Source: Oligoflexales bacterium (GTDB lineage: Bacteria > Bdellovibrionota_B > Oligoflexia > Oligoflexales > Bog-1112). Taken from it: a stretch of 64,000 bases of DNA. Made by a program: the position numbers and the translations under genes. The notes beneath the pieces were generated by a model. The model was not told the origin of the DNA. It saw only the letters and a program-made list of their open reading frames with translations, and did no database searches. Below are positions 19,632 through 30,418 of the stretch, one piece after another. Every line of letters begins with the position of its first letter. The stretch's first letter is position 1. The stretch covers positions 12,173-76,172 of the forward strand of contig JBGCDR010000051.1 of assembly GCA_045105515.1 (NCBI GenBank), read 5' to 3'.

Positions 19632-20658
19632 AACTGGGAGGGGACTCCACTTGTCTCCTCTCCTAATCTTTTGTTTATTCCTTCCATCTTGCTACCTAAC
19701 CAAGCTGGCTTACTATCATAACAATCAATTTAATTCGCGAAGATTGGTGAGCTCAATTGTTGCCGATCCAAAAACCTCTGTAAGTGTTAAAGAAAGGCTT
19801 CTTTTATTCAATAAAATTATGGAGTATGCGGATGGACAAGGCCTCAATACTAGGCATGCTTATCGTTACTTTATAAATACCGGGCAGGATGCCGTAAGCT
19901 ACTTAGTTCAAGCAGCATATCCTGATCGCTTGGCGTCATACACCTGGTGGTATCCTATTGTTGGCACTGTTCCCTACAAGGGCTTTTTTGATAAAGAAGA
20001 GCGAGATGTCCTCGGAAAGCAACTTAAAGATGAGGGCTATGATGTCCATCTTGGCGAAGCTGGCGCATACTCCAGTTTGGGTTGGTTTGAGGATCCAATT
20101 TATTCCTCAATGCTACAAAGGTCTAAACCAAGTCTGGCCGCTTTGATTTTTCATGAGTTAACTCATCGAACTTTGTGGATTCCTGACCATGTCGAATTTA
20201 ATGAAAATTTAGCATCTTTCATCGAGGATTTGCTGACAGTTCAGTATTTGCGCGAAACGGGGCAGGCTCGTGCACTTGAAGCTTATGAGTTAAAAAAAGC
20301 AGATAAAAAGCTTTACAGAGCTTGGCTCACTGAGTTGCGCGACGCGCTTAACCTGTTTTATAAAAATACAGACTTTTCTCTTAATAAAAAGCAGGCTACC
20401 CTGGGCAAAGCAAAGTTATTTGAGCACTATACCAAAGAACTGCGCCCTAAATTTCAGAGATACGACTATGTTGGTAAAAAGCAATGGAACAATGCACGAG
20501 TCTTGGCAACATCTTTGTATAGCCCTGACCTTGAAAGGTTTTCGAGTGCTTTCTCTTGTCATAAGCATCTGAATGTAGGTGCTTTTTTAAAGGTCCTTGG
20601 TGACATGATTGAAGATTATGATGATCCCTTCGTAGCTCTAGATAGTTTATGTAAGTAA
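19594..20658 (+). CDS. Putative zinc aminopeptidase lipoprotein
   Basis: Lipobox-like LPSC, WWYPIVG.VPYKGFF, AYSSLGWF.DP and the zinc motif HELTH...FNE. True start may be slightly downstream. Confidence 0.85.
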   Translation: MSLPWRQFRAILKTGRGLHLSPLLIFCLFLPSCYLTKLAYYHNNQFNSRRLVSSIVADPKTSVSVKERLLLFNKIMEYADGQGLNTRHAYRYFINTGQDAVSYLVQAAYPDRLASYTWWYPIVGTVPYKGFFDKEERDVLGKQLKDEGYDVHLGEAGAYSSLGWFEDPIYSSMLQRSKPSLAALIFHELTHRTLWIPDHVEFNENLASFIEDLLTVQYLRETGQARALEAYELKKADKKLYRAWLTELRDALNLFYKNTDFSLNKKQATLGKAKLFEHYTKELRPKFQRYDYVGKKQWNNARVLATSLYSPDLERFSSAFSCHKHLNVGAFLKVLGDMIEDYDDPFVALDSLCK

Positions 20659-20695
20659 TTTTCCCAACAGCAGTAACCGATTAGGAGGTGGGTTC

Positions 20696-22066
20696 ATGGT
20701 TGTTGAAACCCCACTTACATCTCAGTTTGTTAAACACGCCCTAGATTTTCGCGATTTCCGCTCTCTAAGATCTGCCTTTAAAGATAACGAGGTAGCAGAC
20801 ATTGCTGAAATTTTTTCGGAGCTAGAAATAGATGAAATTATTCCATTGTTTCGACTTGTTCCTAGGGTTAGGCGCTCGGCTTTATTCTCCTTCCTTACCT
20901 TTGAAAGGCAGGAAGACCTACTCGAGGAGTTGCCTGATGTCATCGTTACTGCTCTATTAAATGAAATGGAACCTGATGATCGGACTAAACTGCTTGAGGA
21001 TCTTTCCGTTGAAATTCGAAACAAGATATTACTAAAACTAGATCCCGAGGAGCGCAAAGTTGCATGGACGCTTCTGAGTTACCCAGAAAACTCAGTTGGC
21101 CGTCTAATGACCCCCGATTTTTTAGCTTTGAATGTAAGTATGTCAGTTTCCCAAGCACTTGAGTCAATCAATTGGAGTACCACCCTCCCTATTGAATACT
21201 TAAATTATTTGTTTGTTACCGAGGAGGATGGAACTTTAGTAGGAGAGGTAAGTCTAGCATCGATAGTGGTGAGTGACCCAAGAAGTTTGCCGATCACTCA
21301 GATTATGAAAAAGAGTTATGTCTACCTTAACCCAACGCAAGATGCTGAAGAAGCAGTTGAGATCTTTAGAAAATATGACTCTAACTATATGCCAGTTGTC
21401 GATGAAAACCGGCATTTGATCGGCATCGTTACAGCCGATGATGTGTTTGATATAGCGGAAGAAGAAGCTACCGAAGATATACAGCAGTTTGGTGGACAAG
21501 GGGCATTAGAAGATTCCTATTTTCAAACACCGTTTACCACAATGGTTTGGAAACGTGTTGGCTGGTTAGCCCTTCTTTTTTTTGGTGGATTTATATCTGG
21601 TGAAGCAATTCGTAGTTACGATGAAATGCTAAATAAATGGGGCTTTATTGTATTTTTCTTAACTACAATCAACTCCACTGGAGGGAATTCTGGGACGCAA
21701 ACGGCTTCACTTATCATCCGTGGACTTGCAATCAATGAGATTTCCCCACGAGATGCCGGCAGAGTGCTTTTGCGAGAGATGCTTGTGGGCTTGACCTTAG
21801 GCGTGATCTTATCAATGATTGGCGCGATCAGGGCGTTTACTTGGGGGCTTGGATACAAGGTTGCTATTATCATCGGTGTAGTTGTGATCATGGTAGTTCT
21901 AGTTGGAGTAGTTGCGGGTTCGATGTTGCCCTTTATCTTTCGTTCAATAAAGCTAGACCCCGCCGTGGTTTCTTCTCCATTTATCTCAACTATCATGGAC
22001 CTTACGAGTGTCATCTTGTTATTTAATGTCACGAATTTGGTCTTGCGATATTTTGGCTACCCATAA
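20696..22066 (+). CDS. mgtE: Magnesium transporter MgtE
   Basis: N-domain EMEPDDR, CBS pair (GRLMT, GIVTADD), GGNSGTQ and DPAVVS.PFISTIMD. Confidence 0.96.
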   Translation: MVVETPLTSQFVKHALDFRDFRSLRSAFKDNEVADIAEIFSELEIDEIIPLFRLVPRVRRSALFSFLTFERQEDLLEELPDVIVTALLNEMEPDDRTKLLEDLSVEIRNKILLKLDPEERKVAWTLLSYPENSVGRLMTPDFLALNVSMSVSQALESINWSTTLPIEYLNYLFVTEEDGTLVGEVSLASIVVSDPRSLPITQIMKKSYVYLNPTQDAEEAVEIFRKYDSNYMPVVDENRHLIGIVTADDVFDIAEEEATEDIQQFGGQGALEDSYFQTPFTTMVWKRVGWLALLFFGGFISGEAIRSYDEMLNKWGFIVFFLTTINSTGGNSGTQTASLIIRGLAINEISPRDAGRVLLREMLVGLTLGVILSMIGAIRAFTWGLGYKVAIIIGVVVIMVVLVGVVAGSMLPFIFRSIKLDPAVVSSPFISTIMDLTSVILLFNVTNLVLRYFGYP

Positions 22067-22092
22067 ATGGTCTAGAAAAGAGTATTTTTATT

Positions 22093-22830
22093 ATGTGGAT
22101 AGACGACGATATTCTTTGCAAATGCCATGAGTTGCAGGTTGTTTCGACCTGGGTTCCGGGAGCTGCAATGGTGGTTTTGGGAAGCAGTAATAAAGCTCAT
22201 ATTGAAGTCAAAGAGTCCGCTTGTGTGGCGGATGAAGTTCCCATACTTAAACGTTATGGTGGTGGTGGCACAGTCGTATTGCATCCTGGGTGTGTCGTAG
22301 TCAGTCTAGGTATGTGGGTTTCTCAGTTTTATGGGAATGACCGATATTTCAGAAAGATCAATGAAGCCGTCATTCAAACCTTAGCCGCCAAATGGCCTGT
22401 TCTATCAGGCTTGGGACAAGACGGTCTGAGTGATTTGACCTACGGTGAACGTAAAGTAGCTGGGACCTCTCTGTTTCGTTCTCGTAACTATTTGCTTTAT
22501 CAAGCTTCTATTCTGGTTGACGCAAAAGTGGACTTGATGGAGCGTTATTTGAAGCACCCGAGCCGGGAACCCGATTATCGTGGCGGCAAGTCACACCGTA
22601 AATTCGTTTCAGGTTTGGATGAATTTGTAGCGACTCTAGTTCCCTCAGATATTGAAAAGTTATTAGAGCAAAACTTATTGCCCCAAGTTTACCGGCTTTT
22701 GGATAGTGATCTAATTGCTGCTCAGCCCAAACAGTTTAAACATTTATACCGACGAGCTGGGCTTGGGGAAGAAGATGCAAGGTATCATGATCCAGCTTTA
22801 AACCATGTGATTGATCCGCGACCGAACTGA
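22093..22830 (+). CDS. Lipoate-protein ligase A family catalytic domain
   Basis: Motifs KRYGGGGTV.LHPG, SDL...RKVAG and P.REPDYR. Confidence 0.85.
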   Translation: MWIDDDILCKCHELQVVSTWVPGAAMVVLGSSNKAHIEVKESACVADEVPILKRYGGGGTVVLHPGCVVVSLGMWVSQFYGNDRYFRKINEAVIQTLAAKWPVLSGLGQDGLSDLTYGERKVAGTSLFRSRNYLLYQASILVDAKVDLMERYLKHPSREPDYRGGKSHRKFVSGLDEFVATLVPSDIEKLLEQNLLPQVYRLLDSDLIAAQPKQFKHLYRRAGLGEEDARYHDPALNHVIDPRPN

Positions 22831-23640
22831 GTAGTATAGGCTTACAAGATAGCAGGCAACTAAGGACAAGATCATTGTAATTCCTAATGCATAAGATATA
22901 TTTGCGAGAAAATACATTGGGCTAAAAGGCATGCTTGGGATTGCAAGGGACCAAGGTAGCCTCGGCAAGTTGAAGTATTCGTCTGCATGGAGCAATAGTT
23001 CATAGAGAAGACCGAGGCTGTACTCGCACGCAAATACTAAAGCACCTAAGCCAATTATGACAAACGCTGCAGAAAATCCACCTCCATGAATCGGTGAGCT
23101 ATATCTGAAAAGCATTGCATGTTTTAAAGCACCGAAGCAACCCTTACGGTCGTTTACCATTATGACAATTGCCATTAGTGAAAATAGAGTAAAAATTCTA
23201 AAAGGTCCCAGAAATGCATGCTCTAGTGACATAAGTGAAGCAAAAATTACAATAACCAGGCCGTGAGGAAAAGTACTCTTAAGTCCAAGCTTTATAGCAG
23301 ATTCAGGTGAGAATTCTTCTTCCTTGATCACTGCAGAGGATATGTGGACGATCGCGGTAAACCCAGCAATACCTAGGGCTAAAAGAGCCAAACTTATGCC
23401 TATTGTAAAAATTAAAAAGGCATAGGTTGGCCCGAGAATGCTTGTATAGTCTAGGTGTCTAGTTTCTATTATTTGTCCGACTGTATATGAGCTTTGATAA
23501 GCAAAAAAGAGCATCGATACTAGGTAGGGTAGGAAAAAGCATAGTAAACCAACTTTGCCAATAGGCTTTATTTGCCCACTCAAAAGTTCCAATGCCTTTG
23601 TCCAAATCTGAAAAGTGGTAGGGGTTTGCCTTTCTTGCAT
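22798..23640 (-). CDS. Hypothetical multi-pass membrane protein
   Basis: 280-aa ORF with about 6 hydrophobic segments; no family recognised. Confidence 0.7.
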   Translation of the reverse strand: MQERQTPTTFQIWTKALELLSGQIKPIGKVGLLCFFLPYLVSMLFFAYQSSYTVGQIIETRHLDYTSILGPTYAFLIFTIGISLALLALGIAGFTAIVHISSAVIKEEEFSPESAIKLGLKSTFPHGLVIVIFASLMSLEHAFLGPFRIFTLFSLMAIVIMVNDRKGCFGALKHAMLFRYSSPIHGGGFSAAFVIIGLGALVFACEYSLGLLYELLLHADEYFNLPRLPWSLAIPSMPFSPMYFLANISYALGITMILSLVACYLVSLYYSVRSRINHMV

Positions 23641-23909
23641 TGCTTGGCCTCTCTAGCTGCTTGTTATCAATCATCGGTCCTATGGCTATATACCGAAAAT
23701 AGTGGCACTTGAAAACGGTGACACTAGTCTATTTTAAATCATTTTCTTAAGGTCATTTTCTACTTAGTTGTGAACCTCAGCCTATTGGTAGAATAAATGC
23801 CCATGGCATTAGCGAGCTATGGTGTGATATGAATGGATGCATTTGCTTAAGTGGACAGAGTAAAGAGAGAAAGCAACTCTGTTGTTAGAAAATGGATTGG
23901 GATGGAATC

Positions 23910-26567
23910 ATGAGCCAATTTGAAACAACCTATGATCATAAGAAATACGAAAAGAAATGGTGGGACCACTGGATGACTGGTGGGTGGTTCCATGCAAAGG
24001 CAGAAAGCCAAAAGCCAGCCTATACTATTTTGATTCCCCCACCCAACGTAACCAGCCGGCTTCATATGGGACATGGGCTAAACAATACCATCCAAGATAT
24101 CTTAGTTAGATGGAAAAGAATGCAAGGTTACAATTGCTGTTGGCTCCCCGGGACTGATCATGCTGGCATTGCGACCCAAATGATGGTGGAAAAATCCCTA
24201 GAAAGTGAGGGCAGCTCTCGCTTGGAGCTTGGCCGAGATAAATTCTTACAAAAATGTGTAGAGTGGAAAGATGAAAACGGCGGAATAATAATCGAGCAGC
24301 AGAAAAGGCTTGGATCCTCGTGTGACTGGGATCGCGAAGCCTACACAATGAGTCCAGAGCTGTCTAATGCTGTGCGGCGAATATTTGTCGATTTATATTC
24401 AAAGGGGCTGATATACCGTGGGGAGCGCCTAGTTAACTGGGATCCAGTGCTCAAAACGGCGATTTCTGATGATGAAGTAGTGAGTGAGGAAGTCACTGGA
24501 AACCTTTGGTATTACCGTTACCCTTTAGAGGATGACCCCGAGCAGGGGGTGGTCATTGCTACAACAAGGCCAGAGACCATGTTTGGTGATACTGCTGTTG
24601 CTGTTAATCCTGAAGATGAGCGATTTAAGCATCTGATTGGTAAGCGAGTGGTGGTCCCTTTTGTGGAAAGGTCAATCCCAGTAATTGCCGATGACTATGT
24701 CAAAAGTGAGTACGGAAGCGGCTGTGTTAAGATTACTCCAGCCCATGATCCTAATGACTTTGAAATGGGCAAACGTCATGATCTTCCCTTCATCAATGTG
24801 ATGAATCTCGATGGAAGCATGAATGATGTCTGTCCGGAACCATTCCATGGTCTTGATCGTTTCGAAGCAAGAAAACTTCTCATTAAAAAATTAAAAGAAC
24901 TAAAATTACTAGAGAAGACAGAAAGCAATCGCCATGCTGTCCCCTTCTCAGATCGGAGTAAGGTCCCCATCGAACCTAGGCTATCGAAGCAGTGGTACGT
25001 TAAGATGGCTGAACTTGCAGTGCCTGCAATCGAAGCAGCAAAATCCAAACAGCTAAAATTTTACCCGCCAAGTTGGGAGAAAACGTACCTACATTGGCTA
25101 GAGAACATTCAAGATTGGTGTATTTCTAGGCAGTTGTGGTGGGGACATCAGATTCCTATTTGGTATTGTGCTGACTGCGGCGAGGTAAGCACAGGTTTAG
25201 AAGACCCAAGCGAATGCTCAAATTGTCAAAGCAGTGCGTTAAAACAAGATGAAGATGTGCTTGATACCTGGTTTTCAAGTTGGCTTTGGCCATTGAGCCC
25301 TTTTGGTTGGCCTGAAGAAACTAAAGACTTGAAAGCTTTCTTCCCGTCAAATGTCCTGATTACGGCACCAGAAATTATCTACCTCTGGGTGGCTAGAATG
25401 GTAATGATGAGTTATTTCACCAAAGGAACCCTCCCTTTTAAAGATGTTTACTTCAATGCCACCATCTGTGACAAACAAGGACGAAAATTCTCTAAGACTC
25501 TTGGCAATGGGATCGATCCTCTCAAAGTGATTGACCAGTATGGAGCTGATTCGGTCAGATATACCTGCGTTTCGCTTGCCCCATTAGGTGGGAGAGTGAA
25601 AATGGCAGAAACAGATTTTGAAGCGGGTAATAAGTTCATAAATAAGATTTGGAATGCTTATCGCTTTTTGATGGGTAAACTGGATGGCAAAGATGCGATC
25701 TTAGCAATTGATGATAGCTCGTTAGATCTACCCAGTAAGTGGCTTTTACAGGAATTGCATATGACTGCTCAAGTCATGGACGAGTTCCTAGGTAGATACC
25801 AAATCAACGAGGCAGTCGAAGCACTTTTTCACCTGATTTGGCGTAGTTACTGTGACTGGGGTCTTGAAACTGCCAAAGATGTACTCGATGGTAAGCCGTC
25901 TAAGGATAAAGATCAGGTTCTGTCCACCTTAGTTTTCGTTTTTGAAGGAATCATGAGGCTTGCGGCCCCAATTATTCCATTTATCTGCGAAGAGATCTGG
26001 CAAAATCTTCCTGAGCATCCTTCTTGGCAAAAGCCTGAAAGCCTTATGATAGCAGAATATCCTAAAGCAGATAGCTTGCCGACCTTTGTTGAAGATGGGC
26101 AAAGGTGGAAGCAGGTTCAGGAAGTGATCAGTCATGTGAGATCTGTGCGTACACAAGCCAAAGTCCCTCCAAAAGACAAGCTTACAGCTTACGTTTGCTG
26201 TGACCAGAAGTTCGTTGACCTATTGCAAAAAAGTGAGAAGTGGGTCTCCCGTCTGGCTGGTATCAACTCTTTAGTTGTAGGTGATAAGCTTGAAAAGCCA
26301 AAAAAATGTCTTGTTGCTACAGGAAAAGGTTGGACGCTCTATGTTCCAGTGGGCAAGTACTTGGATTTTGAGAACGAAAAAATCCGTCTTGAAGGTGAAG
26401 TTAAGCGTGTGGAGCGAATTGTTAAAGGACTTGAAGGTAAGCTAAACAATCCAAATTTCGTTAAAAAGGCTCCTAAGGAGGTAGTCGAGCAGTCAAGTGC
26501 TCAGCTCGAGAATATGCAAGGACAGCTTAAGTCCCTGAGGGAAAATTTAAGCTCTATTTCAAATTAG
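23910..26567 (+). CDS. valS: Valine--tRNA ligase
   Basis: Motifs PPPNVT..LHMGH, GTDHAGIATQ, ATTRPET, DWCISRQLWWGH and DVLDTWFSS; KMSKS equivalent reads KFSKT; C-terminal coiled coil. Start 23910 or 23892. Confidence 0.97.
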   Translation: MSQFETTYDHKKYEKKWWDHWMTGGWFHAKAESQKPAYTILIPPPNVTSRLHMGHGLNNTIQDILVRWKRMQGYNCCWLPGTDHAGIATQMMVEKSLESEGSSRLELGRDKFLQKCVEWKDENGGIIIEQQKRLGSSCDWDREAYTMSPELSNAVRRIFVDLYSKGLIYRGERLVNWDPVLKTAISDDEVVSEEVTGNLWYYRYPLEDDPEQGVVIATTRPETMFGDTAVAVNPEDERFKHLIGKRVVVPFVERSIPVIADDYVKSEYGSGCVKITPAHDPNDFEMGKRHDLPFINVMNLDGSMNDVCPEPFHGLDRFEARKLLIKKLKELKLLEKTESNRHAVPFSDRSKVPIEPRLSKQWYVKMAELAVPAIEAAKSKQLKFYPPSWEKTYLHWLENIQDWCISRQLWWGHQIPIWYCADCGEVSTGLEDPSECSNCQSSALKQDEDVLDTWFSSWLWPLSPFGWPEETKDLKAFFPSNVLITAPEIIYLWVARMVMMSYFTKGTLPFKDVYFNATICDKQGRKFSKTLGNGIDPLKVIDQYGADSVRYTCVSLAPLGGRVKMAETDFEAGNKFINKIWNAYRFLMGKLDGKDAILAIDDSSLDLPSKWLLQELHMTAQVMDEFLGRYQINEAVEALFHLIWRSYCDWGLETAKDVLDGKPSKDKDQVLSTLVFVFEGIMRLAAPIIPFICEEIWQNLPEHPSWQKPESLMIAEYPKADSLPTFVEDGQRWKQVQEVISHVRSVRTQAKVPPKDKLTAYVCCDQKFVDLLQKSEKWVSRLAGINSLVVGDKLEKPKKCLVATGKGWTLYVPVGKYLDFENEKIRLEGEVKRVERIVKGLEGKLNNPNFVKKAPKEVVEQSSAQLENMQGQLKSLRENLSSISN

Positions 26568-26606
26568 AAGGATTTTCAATTAACTGAGGAAATATAAAAG
26601 ATTCGC

Positions 26607-27452
26607 TTACTCACTGACTGTATCAATGTCGTTATCTTCTTCAAGTGGCATACCTTCGAATTTTGCGCATGTTGCCTCCTGATCGCAAGCTTCGCCTGCA
26701 CACCCGTAGATTTGCTGAATCCTTTTTACATCGCCGCAGGAAAGATTGCGATTTGCAAGACCTTCGCCGATGTAAATGGTCGGGTTCATAATTGATAGCC
26801 GGTCATACTTTTTATCGATATGGGTTAAGCCTAGCATATGACCTAACTCATGAAGGCATAGGGTTGTCATGTCTACCACTTCCCTAGGATCATTTGAATC
26901 AGCAATCATAGTAAAACTGTCACCAATCACGTAGTGTTGTGTGTTGAATCTTATATCTGCTGTCAAGATTTGATCGTGATTTTGTGCGGAAGTGTCCCAG
27001 ATGGTGGTCGCAAGGACCATATTTGATTTGCCTGTCTTATCCCAATCGGTATCTAAATAATGTCCGTTAGTCTTGTCAGACAACGAGCTATATAGGTCGT
27101 TGAAGGAATCCCCATCTTTGGTATCAGGCCCTAAGTAATCAAATAGCTCTTTGCCCACTGCTTGTTCCCACATCCCAATGCAGTCATTGAGGCCTTTTTT
27201 CTGATCAGCATTAAGGGTTATGCCTGTCTTAAAAGGAATGGGAAGATTATGCCAACCATCGGTTGCATGTAATCCATAGTACTGGGAGTCTGGGTTCTTG
27301 GCATATGTGGGAACTTTAGTTGCGTCATGGTCCTCTTCGAGAGATGCCTGATACATCTGGGCTCCACAAGCAAAATTCAAGAACACCACTATTGTGCTAC
27401 ATACATTTGCTGAAAACTTAAGCGACTTAATGTTCAAGAGTTGGTCCTCCAA
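26607..27452 (-). CDS. Matrixin-like (metzincin) secreted zinc metalloprotease, probable lipoprotein
   Basis: HELGHMLGLTH zinc motif, SIM Met-turn and N-terminal FAC lipobox-like site. Confidence 0.88.
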   Translation of the reverse strand: MEDQLLNIKSLKFSANVCSTIVVFLNFACGAQMYQASLEEDHDATKVPTYAKNPDSQYYGLHATDGWHNLPIPFKTGITLNADQKKGLNDCIGMWEQAVGKELFDYLGPDTKDGDSFNDLYSSLSDKTNGHYLDTDWDKTGKSNMVLATTIWDTSAQNHDQILTADIRFNTQHYVIGDSFTMIADSNDPREVVDMTTLCLHELGHMLGLTHIDKKYDRLSIMNPTIYIGEGLANRNLSCGDVKRIQQIYGCAGEACDQEATCAKFEGMPLEEDNDIDTVSE

Positions 27453-27711
27453 ACCCAGTATTTGGTCTTTTCTTTCACCTGACCTTTATTTGTAAACAAT
27501 ATCGACGAAGCCTAGGCTTGCTTTAGACTTCTACCTATCTCCCTAAGATCTTGGTTTAAATAGGAAGAGTTTTTATTACGAGTCTGCTAGGGTAGAGATG
27601 GTTTTAAATTTTTATCAATAAATTCAACGGCTTGAAAATCAATGTAATCACCTAAAATGATGTGAATATATCATGTGGCAAAAATCTCATGAACACCACA
27701 GGTTAATCTTT

Positions 27712-28191
27712 TCATGAGCCTTCTATAGCAAGGAGCTCCACTTCAAATATAAGAGTGCTACCTGGGGGGATTAATCCAGAAATACCTTTTTCGCCATAGG
27801 CTAAATGGGGAGGGATCGTAAGACGCCTTAGGCTTCCAACTGTCATACCAGATAAGCCTATTTCCCACCCTTTGATCACGGTCCCTTCGCCAAGGGTAAA
27901 GGTAAACACCTTACCGCGTTTTTCAGAACTGTCGAAAAGAATGCCACTTTCAAAGAAAGCTTTGTAGCTAACCCGTAAAGTTTGATTTTGTTGGGCTTCT
28001 GCCCCTTTTCCCTGCTTAAGGTCTTTTATTCCAAGTTCCCCAAGGTTTTTGTCTGATAAGAGAGCTTGCCCTGATGAGGTATTTATCGGCATGGCCGGTG
28101 CTTGCTCAATGGAACTTGATTGTCTCGCTCCTTTCTCGCAGGAAAAAAGAAATGTCATTAAAAGGATTAGTTCAGGTCTTAGAAGGTTCAT
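27712..28191 (-). CDS. FKBP-type peptidyl-prolyl isomerase lipoprotein
   Basis: Motifs FDSS, VIKGW, IPPHLAYG and LIFEVELL; LFSC lipobox. Confidence 0.93.
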   Translation of the reverse strand: MNLLRPELILLMTFLFSCEKGARQSSSIEQAPAMPINTSSGQALLSDKNLGELGIKDLKQGKGAEAQQNQTLRVSYKAFFESGILFDSSEKRGKVFTFTLGEGTVIKGWEIGLSGMTVGSLRRLTIPPHLAYGEKGISGLIPPGSTLIFEVELLAIEGS

Positions 28192-28222
28192 CTTAAATAC
28201 TGCCCTTGAGAGGATTGATCTT

Positions 28223-28549
28223 TTACCTTGGCACTAACGGTTCAATATTATCACCATTGATACTGGTGGTCCCTATCTCAAAAGGAGTAAATAGAAACTT
28301 GTAATATTTCTTATCGCTATGTTTGAGCAGAAAAACCTTCTGAGTATTTTCGTACTCCTTGATCTGGAAGTACTCGTTTTTAAAACTGGATTTATCTACT
28401 TTGTTCGGCGGCAATCGTATCTTTGCGTCTTTGATTTCCACCTTTTCCGGTGAAAAAATTAGGTAGCTGGTGCCCGGAATCTTGGACTTCTGCCCATAGC
28501 TAACAAGACTCCATAGACCGTAAGATAGGATGATCAGGATTGCTTTCAT
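28223..28549 (-). CDS. Hypothetical secreted protein
   Basis: Signal-peptide-like N-terminus; co-oriented with its neighbours. Confidence 0.55.
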   Translation of the reverse strand: MKAILIILSYGLWSLVSYGQKSKIPGTSYLIFSPEKVEIKDAKIRLPPNKVDKSSFKNEYFQIKEYENTQKVFLLKHSDKKYYKFLFTPFEIGTTSINGDNIEPLVPR

Positions 28550-28636
28550 ATAGGTCTTTCCATCTCGGGGTAATATTGGGTACTGGCATCAAAAAAGGAG
28601 ATCCGACTTCAATCTTCGGTAACTTAGATATCGTAA

Positions 28637-29158
28637 TCAAAATCCACACATAAAAGGGACCTTGTCATACAAAGGAAACCAATCGTCGGTCTTGTAAATA
28701 GGATGCTTTATTGCTCTAATTGGATTTGTAGGGTGTGGTTTGGTGACAAGCAAACCCTCTACACTTATTCGAATCCCACCACTACAAGCAGGGCCAATTG
28801 TGCATGATTCGCATTTTGCTCTAACTAAATACCGGTTGCCGACCCTAGTATAGGTGGTCAAATCTCCGGGGGTGCCAATTTCAATTAAGGTTTCGGCAGC
28901 AGTTTTTGCGATTTCTACATAATCGCCATCTGAGCAGGTGAAGCCCAAATCATCTAAGGTTGTTGCGCAGTCCACGTCTTTATTGATTTCGCTTTTAACA
29001 TATAAAGACAGTAGCTTAAGGTGTTTTTGTTTTTCAAATCTTTTAAAATTCATAAATACCTGCATCATAAGTTGGACAGTCATTATCAATATCCCACTCA
29101 TGATAAGAGTTTCTAGCAATCCTGCGCCGCATTGGCTTTTAAAGTACGACTCTTTCAT
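28637..29158 (-). CDS. Prepilin-like (type IV pilin / pseudopilin) protein
   Basis: MKESYFKSQCG|AGLLETLIM...: Gly at -1, Glu at +5, then a hydrophobic helix; Cys-rich C-terminus. Confidence 0.65.
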   Translation of the reverse strand: MKESYFKSQCGAGLLETLIMSGILIMTVQLMMQVFMNFKRFEKQKHLKLLSLYVKSEINKDVDCATTLDDLGFTCSDGDYVEIAKTAAETLIEIGTPGDLTTYTRVGNRYLVRAKCESCTIGPACSGGIRISVEGLLVTKPHPTNPIRAIKHPIYKTDDWFPLYDKVPFMCGF

Positions 29159-29335
29159 ATCACTTCCCCGCTTAAAGGAAGTTCGGAAAGACACACCACC
29201 AACTTGAATACTAATAATAGTATTAATAATTCTAAAATGTTGGCGAGAATCTTTCGCAGTATTTACAGCAGCTTTTGTTTTTAGTGTTTCGAAAAATTCA
29301 GGATTAAGAGCTTTAGATGACAGGAGCCTTTCAAT

Positions 29336-30292
29336 TTACCTGCACTTTTGCGCCAACCAGGAAGCTATAAATCCATAGTAATTTCTGTCGTCCTCAGGTG
29401 CTTGAAGGAGGCGGGGACTGGTGATATTGATTTCTGAAACTAGGTCTCCGATGATATCAAAACCTAGAAGCGGAATGCCTTTAGTAAGTAATGTACTAGC
29501 AATCCTTTCTACTTTTTTGCTTAGTGCCTCACTTGGCTTATATGCATGAATAGTGGCACCTGAACTTGTGTTGGCCATGAATTCTCCTGGCGAGGGTTTT
29601 TTCAGACTCCAGGCTAAAGCTTTGCCGCCAATGGTAAATACTCTAACTTCGCCTTCATAGATAAGCTGGTTGAAGGGTTGGGTAAGCCTCATTTGATGAC
29701 CCTTTTGACTTGCTTCTTGTAGGCGCTCGAAGGCCTGTTGTTCACTAATTTCCACAAGATTTATGCGAAAAATGCCGCGGCCGCCATATAGGTCTAAAGG
29801 TTTTATGATTGCATCACCGTTGCAAGAGTTTTTGATAAACTCTAATATCTCTGCAGGATCAAAGCTTGCTAATGCAGGTCCTATGTCTTCTGGGAACTGC
29901 ATGATTCCTAGCTTTTCATTGAAGCTTCGAAGTGCGGATGGCGCGTTAAACACTTGAGTTTTTTGGCCCACGGCATCCAATAACCAGGTGATTGACATGT
30001 AGTTCATGTCAAAAGGAGGCTCTTTACGCATATGGATTCCAGAAAATTCATCCATTGGATATGCTTGTTTGCTGTTTAGATCTACAGATGCAGGTTCAAA
30101 ATCTTCGAACTCCATCGATGCTGCCTTGACAAATGGTCGACCTGCAATGGAATTCCATGATAGATCGATAGGGACGGAGAAATAGCATTGATGGCCAAGC
30201 CTAGATAATTCACTTGCCATTCGTAGACTACTATCCAATTTGAAGTTTAGTTTATCAAGAGGGTCCATGATAAAAAGGTGTTTCTGATGCAT
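29336..30292 (-). CDS. gshB: Glutathione synthetase
   Basis: Motifs FIMDP, DSS, MRKEPPFDM.Y, NEKL, KPLD..GG.GIF and EINITSP. Confidence 0.92.
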   Translation of the reverse strand: MHQKHLFIMDPLDKLNFKLDSSLRMASELSRLGHQCYFSVPIDLSWNSIAGRPFVKAASMEFEDFEPASVDLNSKQAYPMDEFSGIHMRKEPPFDMNYMSITWLLDAVGQKTQVFNAPSALRSFNEKLGIMQFPEDIGPALASFDPAEILEFIKNSCNGDAIIKPLDLYGGRGIFRINLVEISEQQAFERLQEASQKGHQMRLTQPFNQLIYEGEVRVFTIGGKALAWSLKKPSPGEFMANTSSGATIHAYKPSEALSKKVERIASTLLTKGIPLLGFDIIGDLVSEINITSPRLLQAPEDDRNYYGFIASWLAQKCR

Positions 30293-30418
30293 ATGAGATC
30301 CTTAGGCTTGATCTTTTTTCGATGGAAAATGGTGATTTCGGCATTAAACTTTGGATACATGCTTTATGAACCCCAAAAATAGATCAACTTGATCGTGATA
30401 TAAAGAGAAAGGTTTACA

